A stretch of 64,000 nt of DNA, from the NCBI RefSeq assembly GCF_009914755.1, contig NC_060935.1; one strand, 5' to 3'. How positions within the stretch are numbered: position 1 is the stretch's first letter; every line of letters begins with the position of its first letter. This document shows positions 35,630 through 48,155 of the stretch, piece after piece. The translations under genes and the position numbers were made by a program. The notes below the pieces were generated by a model that was not told the DNA's origin, did not search any database, and saw nothing but the letters and a program-made list of their open reading frames with translations. The stretch is from the human T2T-CHM13v2.0 reference genome, Homo sapiens.

Positions 35630-36765
35630 CTCCAATTTTCTTGATATCTGTTAGGGAAAAGCTAACCTCCATATCTGTTAGGGAAATATCTGTTAGGGAA
35701 GGCTCTTCTTCAAAACTCTTGGCTTTTCTTGACTTGAGTCTTTGAGTGATTTCACAGTTTTATGACATTGGGTCTTCCTAACTATGAACATGTTACATCG
35801 CTTGCTTTTTTAAAACATACCTCCATGAGGTTTATAATTTTCTTCATAAAAGTCTATGCATCTTTTATTAGATATACTTAGTCCTATTAGCTTACAGTTT
35901 TGGTTGCTGTTGTAAATTTTTTTATTATAATAGTTAACATTTTCTGGCTGATGTACAGGAATAGCACTGATTTTTAGTATTTTGAGAGTGTGTTCTGGCT
36001 AACATTAGTTACAATAGTTTGTTTCGATTCTCTTGGATTTTTTGTGTATACAATCATATTTTTAGTGAATAATGGTATTGTTTCTATTTTTATAACTTCG
36101 TTACTTTTTCTTGTCTTACTATGTTTTATTACAGAACAGGAGCAGTGATAGTGGGTATCCTTGTCTTCTGACTTCAAAGAGAATGCTTCTAATTTTTCAC
36201 CATTAAGTATTATATTTATTGTAGATTGGGGTAGATATCCTGCATTAGCAGAAGGAAGAATTTTTCTGTTCTCAGGTTACTAAGAGTTGTTTTTTAATCA
36301 TGAATATGTGTATTTTGAATTTTACCATGTTTATTCTGAATCTGTTGAGGTAACACTACATTTTTCTAATGTTAAACCATCTTTGCCCCCTGGTCATGTG
36401 TATTATTTTTTCCTACATTATTGGATTCCTTGGCTAATATTTTAGAATGTCTCCATCTGCAAACTGAAATGAGACTGGCCTACAGTTTTTCTTTCACATA
36501 AAATCCTTGTCTGATTTTGGTTAGAATTGAGCAAACATGATGAGGTTATAAGAGCTTCATAAAATAAATTGAGGATCTTTACCTTCTTTTCTATTCTCCA
36601 GAACAGTTCATATAAGATAGGAGGAAGTATCTCTATCTTAAAGGTATGGTAGAACCTAGAAAAAAACTACTGTTTTTTGTTTGTTGCTGGGGAGAGTGTA
36701 GATTTTTAACTACTGATTTAATTTCTGTAATGCTTACAGGTCTGTTTCTGTTTCATTTCTCCAAT
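35630..36765 (-). mobile_element. Old L1ME remnant
   Basis: Antisense ORF2-like motifs; ORF 35974-36177 resembles decayed L1 RT (IPLFTKNMIVYTKNP). Confidence 0.7.
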
Positions 36766-36769
36766 TCCT

Positions 36770-37820
36770 AGTTAACTCACTCCAGTCTGATTTTTAGTTC
36801 TATGAGTATACTGAAATTCCTTTTATCTAGCTTGGTGCCTACCGAATTCTAAACATAGACCCAAACTCAAAGGTCACTTTTCATCCTTATCCTGTTCAGT
36901 GGCACCTGGCCTTGCTGGCCATTCCTGCCTTCCTGAAACACTCTTCCTTGTTATCTTCCACAGGACTGCCCTCTCCTGGCTTTCTGCTTCTAGCTTCTCC
37001 ATGGCCCCATCTTAGGCCCTCTTCCCTTTTTCTCTCTGTACTCTCTTCTCTTTTTTTCTTTCCTCCTCCGCCTCCTCTCTACCCTCTTCTTAAGTGTTCT
37101 CACCCATTCCCATCATTTTGAAAGCTGTTATGCTTATGACTCCCAAAGTTTTGTCTTCAGTGTAAACCTCTCCTGCACACTCTGGATAGCCAGGGGCCTA
37201 CTTGACTCTGCCCCTGGGAGTATTAGAAGCATCTCAGCCTCAACACAGCTAAAACCCTCCTTCCACCAGCATAATTCCTGTCAGCTAATGGGACCCTGTC
37301 TACCCAGTTGCTCAAACCAGGGAATCATCCTTGATCCCCTTCTTTTCTCCACTCACATCAGAGCTAATCTTATTCATCAGCAAGCCCTGTCATCACTATC
37401 TGCAAAATACATATCAATCTGTTCACTTCCCATCTCTGCTATTGCCACTCCAGTCCAAGCCACCACCTTTTCTTACCCAAACAGCTGCACCAGTGCAATT
37501 TGTCTCCTTGTCTTGTCCTGCCTCTGTCCACTCTCCAAAGTAGCCAGGATGATCTTTCTAAATGTTGGCTAGATCTTAATCACTCTTCAGCTTCAGTGGC
37601 AAGAGTGAAATCCAAGTTTTCTTCCATAGTCTACTTGGCCTCTGCCTCATCTGATACCACTCCCTTTCCACTCTCACGTCCTGTCGCTGTACTGGCCTCT
37701 GTGTAGTCATGTGAATAAGCTCTTTCCTGTCTGAGTGGTTGCACTCACTCTTCCTCTGTGTAGAATGTGCTCTGTCTCTTCCTTCTTTCCTACCACCTTC
37801 CTCACCTCATCGCCTCATAG
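36770..37820 (+). mobile_element. L2 remnant
   Basis: aactcactccagtctga..., cttcctgaaacactcttcc, cccagttgctcaaaccagggaatcatccttga. Confidence 0.7.
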
Positions 37821-37914
37821 AGAGGGAATAGTTTAAGAAAAGCCGCTTTATGAACACAGCAGCTTTATTGGCAATGAATAGGCACCTTGGCTGGAATGCA
37901 AATTCATTTTAAGA

Positions 37915-38610
37915 ATGGGGAGAATCTGGGCTTTGTGGTTCCTTGGCAATCCTTTTTAAGAAAAAGAATACAAAATTACAAATACAAAATTAGAGATGAA
38001 AAAGCATTTGGAATGAGAAACAAATCACAACAAATTACTGGAACCTTAGGGATTAGGTCCTTTTCTTCTGAGATGTCTGTAGACAATTTACTCAAATTAT
38101 TTACATATAAATGCTTCCTCATTGCAACCTGACTGCCCTTCTACTCCTAAAACACTGTAATTTCCAGCAACTCTCAGTTCTAAGGTACGGAGAAATTAAT
38201 TGACTTTCCAGGCATAATTGACCCATGAACCTGTAGCAATAAAAGTAGAATCTAGGTGTCCTGGCACTGTTGCAGCAAACCCATTAAGCTCCAAGCTCAT
38301 ACATTTATAAATGTAGTGCCCCTCTGTGCCAGCTGTGCCAAGCATATTAACACTGAGTGAACAGGAATGTGTCACTTTATGGTACTGTAACGTAAAATAG
38401 GCTACTAAAGTAGATGCAAAGCACTGCAAAATGAATGCTACATATCAGTTCCAAGTAAAGATCACGGCAGGAAGCCAGGCTGGAAGTCACAAAGCTAAAC
38501 AAAGCCGGAGCAAGCACTTTGAGTCTCAGAGGAAATCTGAGAATTTCCGAGAGCAGCCGTGGAGTGAGGAGTTACCTCTCAAGCCTGTGCTCCTTAGGGC
38601 AAAGGGTAAA
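37915..38610. mobile_element. Old DNA transposon remnant (hAT-Tip100-like)
   Basis: ctttttaagaaaaagaatacaaaattacaaatacaaaattag resembles hAT-Tip100-family subterminal sequence. Confidence 0.35.
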
Positions 38611-40039
38611 AAAACTCAGGTTCCTAAGGGAGGCTCTTACATCTTTTGTAAAGCAAAACACTTCCATTTTCTGTGTGGTTGTTACCATTCACAGATTGGT
38701 CCCTGTGGAGGCAGATTGCTGTATGTTCTTTTGGTGTTGAGGATTTCATACTGGCTGAGGATCAGTGCATTCACTGAATTCCTCCTTATGGTAAGCTTCA
38801 AAGTTATGTGACAGCTTGTTTTGTTTTATTTTGTAAAGAAAAGCTGTGATAAAAATCCTCTTAATAAAGTAATTCTTTTTCTTGCACAGTATGGAATTCT
38901 TAGCTAATATGAGAATGATCGACCTGATTAATCCTAAAATGAACCCCCATTTTTTATGAACACAGTTGCACAGGGCACAGCTCTCAGTGATTTATGCCAG
39001 GTCTTTCCAAAAGGAGTGCCCATTTTTTCATCCTAAGATTATAACCTAGTCGTAACTGCCAAGCAACACAATTTTGAAAAGCAGAATTTCAGCTTAGAAT
39101 CTGTGCTCTTTTGAATACTGTGATTGAAAGTCACCAGAATGTCATTTAAACATCCTAGTTTTCTTTTACTATTGCCTGCATAGTGATCTGAGACTCAGAT
39201 TGACATGCACAGGCACCACTGATGTGGGTGCTGAAGAATGTGCACCTAAGCTGCAGCCTAATGGCTGCCTGTAAGACAACAAGTTTAGAACTGAGTTGAA
39301 GAGATTATGTGCGAGGTTGCTGTGAGTGGGCTGTGTGATGGGGCCCCAGCATCCAGGTCCTCAGGCAGTGCCTCGATTTTGTCTCTCCACCACTCTCCCA
39401 CCCTTTCTCAACAGACCCCCAGGCATAGCACTCTCATTTGTGACCTCCGTTCTTTACTTAGGCAAGTTCCCACTACCCAGAATAGCCTGCCCCTTCCTCT
39501 GCCCTATCCAGATGTTGCTCTCACTTCAAGACCCAGCTCATATCCTATCTCATTCATTCACTCACTCAACACCACAGTGGCAGCTACAGAGATAAGTGTG
39601 TATTCCCTCAGTAGCTTAGAGTCACTTCTTTGCCGAGTCTTACCCACTAGGCTTTTGAGCAGCTTGGGTCTGGGGACCACGTCTTACTCATCTCTGTGGT
39701 CCCAGCCTGGCATTACAGAAGCCAGGGAGGCTAGAGAAGGGAATGAAGAAGCCATCTGAGCTGTTCTACTCATGGAATATGCTCCTTGAGCTTGTGTTCA
39801 AGGAGCTTACAGTCTAATTAAGGTGGTGAAATAGGAACAAAACAACATGTACTGAAAAAAGTAAAAAGTACGACATGCTATAAGGGAGAGTTATTTTGAA
39901 CATTCAGAGGAAGCCCTTTAGTTCCCGGTGTGAGGGGTGTAGACAAACCTTCACTAAGGAGATAACATTTCAGTGGAGAGTGGATCTGGAGCAAAAGAAG
40001 AATTTGGCCACATGAGGTTTGGGGTATAGGACAGAGTAG

Positions 40040-40275
40040 GTTAAGAAACAGTGGCCCAGTTAGGTGGAAAGACTAGGACTATGAATTTGAATACCAGCAC
40101 CACTATTTACTGTCTCTGTGACCTCAAACAGGTTTAAGCTGCCTGCCTCAATCCCTTTCCCTATAAAATGAGGGTAATAGTGCGTACTTAATAGTGTGGT
40201 CAGAAGAATTAAATAGGTAAGTACCTAGCATACTGCCTGGCACTTAGTAATAAATAAGCGGTAGCTTTTATAATG
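40040..40275 (+). mobile_element. MIR
   Basis: tttgaataccagcaccactatttac...ctataaaatgagggtaatagt...tgcctggcacttagtaa. Confidence 0.7.
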
Positions 40276-40629
40276 AGTAAATGAATCGTAGTTACTGTCT
40301 ATATCTTTTTAAAATCAAATGCATCCTTTGCTGTAGGTGTTTTTACTTTGACATCTATAGTCATCTTACAGCTAGGTATAGAATATGGCTCTTGTTCATA
40401 TTTTGGCTCATGCTCTCTTGTACATTAATGGTACGGAAGATTTACCATCTGTCTACCTCTCACTTTCCCCAAGTCCTTTATAAGACCACTCTGAGGCCTT
40501 AGAGATAAGTACCCTAAAACCTGTTTGCCTACAAACTTTTTTTGGTACCTGCCTTCTTAGGTAACTCTCACCCATAGTTAGAAGTTACGAATAATAAAAT
40601 CTCTTACTTGCAAAACTTTCTATGTTTTT

Positions 40630-40810
40630 ACTTAAGCTTGCAAGAACCTTGTGAGAGTAGCTGGGCAAGAAGAATGACCACTGTTTTACAAACCAAAAAA
40701 CTGAGACTCAGTGTGCCAAGCGCCTTGCCAAGATCACGTGATACTAAATGATGGAACTGGGACCAGAAACCCAGATTATCTGACTCCTGATCCCATATTC
40801 TTTTTACCAT
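40630..40810 (-). mobile_element. MIR
   Basis: ttttacaaaccaaaaaactgagactcag...gggaccagaaacccagatt. Confidence 0.65.
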
Positions 40811-41383
40811 ATCACAGTGCCCATTATTGGGTAATGGCCATTCTCTTCCTTCTCTGCCCTTCCCCTGCCCTCCTGTCTCTGTGCCACCTCTATTCTAGTG
40901 CCTCCTACCTTCCTCAGGGAAACCCACCAGAGTCAAATCCAGAGCGCTGGAAAGATACACTGCGAAATCAGGCAGCAGGCCTGGTGGAAACATTCCTGGT
41001 TGTTTATTCTACCTCATTTACCTCCAAGAGGGAGGAAACTAAAAGTAATAAAACTTTGGGAAGAATTTAAGAACTTTAAGACTGAAAGAAACAAAAATGA
41101 TCACGTTTCAACTTCATTGGTTAAGAAACAGGAACACTGAAGAAGGAAGCACGTGGGTCGGGTGAGTAGCCTAAAGCATATTTGCCCGTAGTGTTTGTGG
41201 AATGCTTCCTGGAATGGCATGCTCTTTTTTTCTGAATAAGAAAAAGGAAGAATAAGAATAAGATGAAAGCAAGATTTCAAAGCCATCTGTCCTGTTTTTT
41301 TCATAGGATTTTTTTATTCTAAGTTTAATTTTTCCTGATTATAGAGCTTAAACTATGTAACATCTTCATGCAAGGTAGTATAA

Positions 41384-41782
<399 letters not shown>

Positions 41783-43607
41783 TGAGTATCAGTTCTTTAA
41801 ATGGAGTTAATACCACCAGTTATTGGGAAACTATTTCCCAAGCATAGTTTTTGTAGGCCAAATGAGATAATGTTCATCAAAGTGGTTTATAAACTAAAAT
41901 GAACTGTGCAAAGTATTATTAAGTATTGTTTTTGATTATTATTAAGTATTAAAGAATTTGACAATTCATTAAGTGTCTATTCTGCGTATAGCATTGTTCA
42001 GGAGACAAAGAAAGATTCAAAAGTGTAAGATTTTCCCTGCCATTGCTTAGTTGACAGTCGTTTAGTTTATAATCTAAATTATTAGATAAGACAAATATTT
42101 TGAAGGACATGACTTGCAGGAATATTCCTATACATTGTTCACTCTCGCTGTCATGTGGGACTTACAACCTGAGGCCCATCATTAGTGTGTAGTCTGCTAC
42201 AATGATGGAGGGCAACGTTGGGCCAACTTATTTTGTTTTAGGGCCAAGCAAGCCATTTTTAAAGAGACAGAATCAATCTCAGTGACCTTAGTAAGGATAG
42301 AGCACTGAGAAGTATCCTTGGCTGTTCAACAGCAAGCTAGAATATTTCTCCAGAGTACTTTAGTGTTTAACAAACACCGGTGTTTAATGTTGGGAGAAGT
42401 AACTAGTGGCTTTATGTGAGGCCATCCCATTTTAGTGGTAAAATCTCCAGATAGTCCTTCTGCTGACCTATTTCTAATGTAGTCTTCCATTCCTTTTGGA
42501 AAATAGAATCAAGCTATAGCTTTAAATAAAAGTATTAGAAGAAGAAAATACCTAAGAACTTTGACACATTTTAGGAAAATGTTTTTTCAGTAAACTGAGA
42601 ATAATGAAAATTTAGAATAAGTGAGCCAATCTACTTTCCTTAAAATTGAGTAATGATATGGTAGTTCTGCTTTTACACCAAACCACTTAACTCTTGAAAA
42701 TGAGGCAGTATCCAGTATTTAAATCTTTACAAAGCCTCACTTTTTAGAAACAGATCTACTCTCTTCCTTTCTGTCCATCATCCTTATGCTGAATTCAGAA
42801 CTGAAATCTGGCAGATGACCCTCTAGGGAAATGAAAAACATGTTGTCTAGCTGACGTTGGTTTTTAAATTTAGATCAAATAACATTGTCTTTGAAGTCTC
42901 AAGAGTCCTACTTAAGGTAGCTGTATCAGATAGGCTCGCCTTTGAGAGCATTTCTTGCAGGCCGGCACCCCTAATATGAAAAGTTAAGCCTAGTCAAAAA
43001 TAAGTGAAAAAGAAAGTTTTATTGGAGTTATTTTCTCTAAGATAGCTGTTTCAGAAGAACCTTGACGAGTCATCTCCTTGTCTCTAGACAGGAACACACA
43101 AGGCATATGGGTATCTGTAGTATTTTAAAAGACCTTAGGGGACCAGGCTTCTTCCATAACTCATTCCAGAGTTTAAACACCCTCACTTCAGGAAATTCTT
43201 CCCTATATTTAACTAACAGGCCCCCTCCTGCGGTTAACACCCATTTCCACTTTTTTCTGCCTCCAGTCAGGATGGAGAACAGCTGGCCAACATCCTTTGT
43301 GCACTAACCCTCCACTGGTGACAGAAAGGCACTTGGGTATCCCGGCGCCGCCTCTCCCCTACTCCAGCAACCAAGTCTCTGAACCAAATTGAGAGCTCTT
43401 TTCCCATTGTTTTTACTTGGGTCTTCTTTATTTCTATTTACTCCTTTTGATTATAAAATAGTATGGGCTCAATGAATAAAATTTGGAAGTTGTAAAAATA
43501 TGCAGAAGGGAAACAATAGCCCCATAATTCAGGCACAAAAAAATCACTATTGTATTAGCCAGTTTTCCTTGTATTTCTTTTCTAATTCAGATCTTACCAT
43601 CTGTACC

Positions 43608-44232
<625 letters not shown>

Positions 44233-45091
44233 TCCTTACAGCTTTTTTGTATAACGTAATGTCTTAAGTATTTTATCAGTGCCCTTTAAAACTTTTTAGC
44301 ATCATTTTTAATGGCTACGTAGTATTTCATCATTTAGATTTACTATAACAATATATTGAGGTAGTTGTGTTTTTCTCAACACATTGCCAAAAAACATCAC
44401 CTAAATGTTTCCTTTTGCACACAACTAATTAAATTCATTTATACATAAAACAAGTATATTCACTGAATATCTGTGTGCTCTGTACTAAGTTATATTGGAA
44501 AGCGGAAGAGGGGGTTTCCAGAAATAAAGACTAGATCCCTCCCATATGCTGTTTACAAGACTTGGCTCCACAGTTGGACTGCACACAAATACCGTATTTT
44601 ATTCTGCCTTAAATGCCCTTCCCTTCATTTCTTGCTCTACCTCACCCCCAACACACACGTACACTGCCTGGTTAGCTTCCACTTATCCTTCAAGGTGCCA
44701 ATCAAATACAACCTCCTCTGATGAGTCTTCCCACTGATTACTTGATTCCCTTCTTCACTGTAATATACAAAGTGTGTATTGTATTCAGAGCACCATGGTG
44801 TTCTGGTTATTGGTTAACTCTCTGTCTTCTCTACTAGAGTGGGAACTCCTTAATGATAGGAATCTTATTTTATACATCTCTTTATTTCCAGAGCCTCAAA
44901 AACTGTCAGGCAATGAAATGTGGATTTCGGTAATGTCTGAAAGATGTGTTGAAAATGCAAGTGATCACATTAAGCATCAGTTGGATGGTAACATAAGTAC
45001 TACCTTCAGAGTTCAAAGAGATCACTTAGATTGGCATGGTTAAAGAAGACAGAATGAAGGAGTTAAAGAAATGAGTTAAAGAATGAATGAG

Positions 45092-45371
45092 GGCCGGGCA
45101 CGGTGGCTCACGCCTGTAATCCCAGCACTTTGGGAGGCCGAGGTGGGTGGATCACCTGAGGTCAGGAGTTCGAGACCAGCTGACCAACATGGTGAAAACC
45201 CGTCTCTATTAATACAGAAAGTTAGCCGGGTGTGGTGGTACACGCCTGTAATCCAAGCTACTTGAATCGCTTGAACCCAGGAGGTGGAGGTTGCAGTGAG
45301 CCAAGACTGTGCCATTGCACTCCAGCCTGGGCAACAAGAACAAAACTCCGTCTCAAAAAAAAAAAAAAAAA
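45092..45371 (+). mobile_element. AluSq/Sp-like with right-arm deletion
   Basis: ctgaccaacatgg, caacaagaacaaaactcc; lacks gggaggctgaggcagga. Confidence 0.88.
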
Positions 45372-45394
45372 TGAATGAATGAATGAATCAATGA

Positions 45395-45688
<294 letters not shown>

Positions 45689-45809
45689 GGACTTGAATTG
45701 GGTTTTAGAAGATGGGCATACTTAAATGAATTGGAGAGGGAATTAGTACAAAAGCCACTGAGATAGGCACACTAAAAAAGCAGTGCTTTTCAGTAGGCAT
45801 TCATTAGCA

Positions 45810-46146
45810 CTGGGGTCCCCAACCCTCGGCCATGTACCAGTAGCAGTCCATGTCCTGTTAGGAACCAGGCCTCACAGCAGGAGGTGAGTAGAGGATGAGC
45901 GAGTGTTACCCCTGAGCTCCGCCTCCTGTCAGATCAGCAGCAGCATTAGATCCTCATAGGAGTGCAAACCCTACTGTGAACTACTCACGCGGGGGATCTA
46001 GGTTGTGTGCTCCTTGTGAGAAGCTAATGCCTGATGATCTGAGATGGAATCGTTTCATCCTGAAACCAGCCCCCCTGCCCACGGCCCATGGAAAAATTGT
46101 CTTCCATGAAACCGGTCCCTGCTGCCAAAAAGGTTGGGGGCCACTG
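45810..46146 (+). mobile_element. MER1B (hAT-Charlie MITE)
   Basis: Termini ctggggtccccaacc / ggttgggggccactg; 8-bp TSD cattagca / ctttagca. Confidence 0.9.
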
Positions 46147-46327
46147 CTTTAGCATATGTTGATAAGTGTCAGTAAATAAGTATCCTTCTGGATCGAATGC
46201 ACTGTCCTAAGTTTCAAGAAGGCTTAGCAATATGGTCTTTGCCCATCAAAAGCTGGTAAGTGTCAGCAGCATTAGAAATGAGCACTGGCTGTTTCAGTAT
46301 GACCTTGGGTGCCAGGCATGGGAGGTA

Positions 46328-46502
46328 TTTTTTGTTTGTTTGTTTGTTTGTTTTGAGACAGTGTCTCGCTCTGTTGCTCAGGCTGAAGTGCAGTGGCGCC
46401 ATCATAGCTCACTGCAACCTCGAACTCCTGGGCTCAAGTGATTCCCCCCACCTCTGCCTCCCAAAGTGCTGGGACTGCAGGCATGAGCCACCCCGCCCAG
46501 CT
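46328..46502 (-). mobile_element. Alu monomer (FRAM-like or recombined AluJ)
   Basis: Single ~150-bp arm with (TTTG)n tail. Confidence 0.8.
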
Positions 46503-46689
46503 GTGACCTTTGGGTTTAAGCTCGATTTAGATATAATTCCCTGTGTTTTGTTTTGTTTTATTTTGTTTTAGCCTCTGGATCCATCTGAGGAAATGCCTTG
46601 TGTTTTAATTTTAAAGAGTTTAAATATCATTTTATATGATGTTTATTCTATAATTCTTCTCTTAATGGATAGCAATCTATAATAATAGT

Positions 46690-46950
46690 TAATATCATTG
46701 TAGCTAATATCAAGTGACTATTACTGCAAACCAGGCACTCTTCCAAAGCACTTTGAACATAGTATTCAGTTAACTCATTTACTCCTCACACAGCCCTGTG
46801 AATTAGGACCTACTAACCTCTCCCATCTTAGAAATGAGGAAACTGAGGAACTGAGGGGTTACATAACTTAATGTGACACAGCCATCAAGTGGAAGAGCTA
46901 AGATTTGAGCCCAGGCAGAGCAGTTTTAGAAGTCCTGCTTTAACCATTAC
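46690..46950 (-). mobile_element. MIR
   Basis: ctcatttactcctcacacagccctgtga...aaatgaggaaactgagg...gatttgagcccaggcag. Confidence 0.75.
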
Positions 46951-47029
46951 ATGGACAACCTCTCCTATAACTATGTTAAGAATAAAGTGTTTTACACAAG
47001 GGATCATTTAGCATCTGGTGATTCCAGAA

Positions 47030-48155
47030 AAGGAATCTTGTTATTACAGCCTTCTCCTGGTTTTCTTCATTCCTCTCTGAATGCTCCTTCTTATCTCATT
47101 CGGAGGGTCCTCTTCCTCTACCTCATCACGAAAAGCTGGAGCTCCTAAAGGCTTAGTCCTAGGCCCTTTTTTCTCTCACTTTATTCTAAGTGGAGATAAG
47201 TTCTGATATCAGAAATTGCCTCCTGTACATTTTCACAGCACATTCTAAGTGCCCATGCGTTTTTCTACCAGTCTTCCATCCCAGTCACGATAAGCTCTTT
47301 GCTTTCTGCGAATGAAACCACTTTTCACTCTTTTACACTAGCCAGGAAGCCAGGCAAAAACCTTTGTTCCTCCTTTTCTTCCTCACCCTTATATCCAACT
47401 CTGGCAATTCCTGCCAATTTCTCCTGCTATTTCTGTTTGTCTATGTCTGTACATTTCCATTCTGATCCATGCCTCCATTACCTTTCACCTGTACTACTGC
47501 ACAGCCTGCAGTCTCCCACCATCCACTCTGGACCCCTCCATTCTGCTCTCCCAACTGCAGCCAGAGTGCACTTTCCAAAGTATAAATGTCTCTCTCTCTC
47601 TCTCTCTCTGCACCTCTGACACACACACTCACTCACTCTCACACTCTCTCTCGCTCTCTCTCTCTCTCGCTTTCTCTCTCTCTCTTCTTTGCCTGAAAGT
47701 TCTAAACATGGCTTGTGGCTTCTGCATGGTCCAGACTTTGTTTTCCTCCTCAGTTTTATCTTCTACCATAGAACTCTTCACTCATTGACCTTTTGGGTCC
47801 TCAAACATTGTTATCTTTCTTGATAAAAGGTCTTAGCAAATGCTGTTCCTGCTACCTGGAAGATACTCTTCCCCACCAACCCATTCTTTACCTGGTGAAG
47901 AACTCTACTAGCCCTTCTAATCTTGTCCTTTTCTGTCTGGGTCAGATCTCTGCTACAAGCTCTTTGAGCCCGTGTCCTCTCCTGCATAGCTTGGGTCAGA
48001 GGTGGTTGTTTGACATTGATGTATGTGATGTATGTGTACTTGTCTGTCCTCTCTCACTAGACAATAAATTCCATTAAAACATGAACCATGGCTTTTTTCC
48101 AATTATTATAGCCCCAGAGTCTAGCGCAGCTAGATACTCAATACATATTTGAATA
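47030..48155 (+). mobile_element. L2 remnant containing a compound (CT)n/(CA)n microsatellite (~47588-47690)
   Basis: L2 motifs throughout; ends gatactcaatacatatttgaat. Confidence 0.65.

Noticed and set aside
35644-35700. Repeat-spacer-repeat pattern superficially like a CRISPR array
   Set aside because: Only three 15-bp copies and one spacer, in human intronic L1; no cas genes.
39307-39759. 150-aa ORF
   Set aside because: Overlaps an L2 remnant; Ser/Leu/Pro-rich composition typical of non-coding sequence.
45862-45889. Strong GAG|gtgagt donor in MER1B
   Set aside because: Nearest acceptor gives only a 22-nt exon; the motif is largely inherent to the element.
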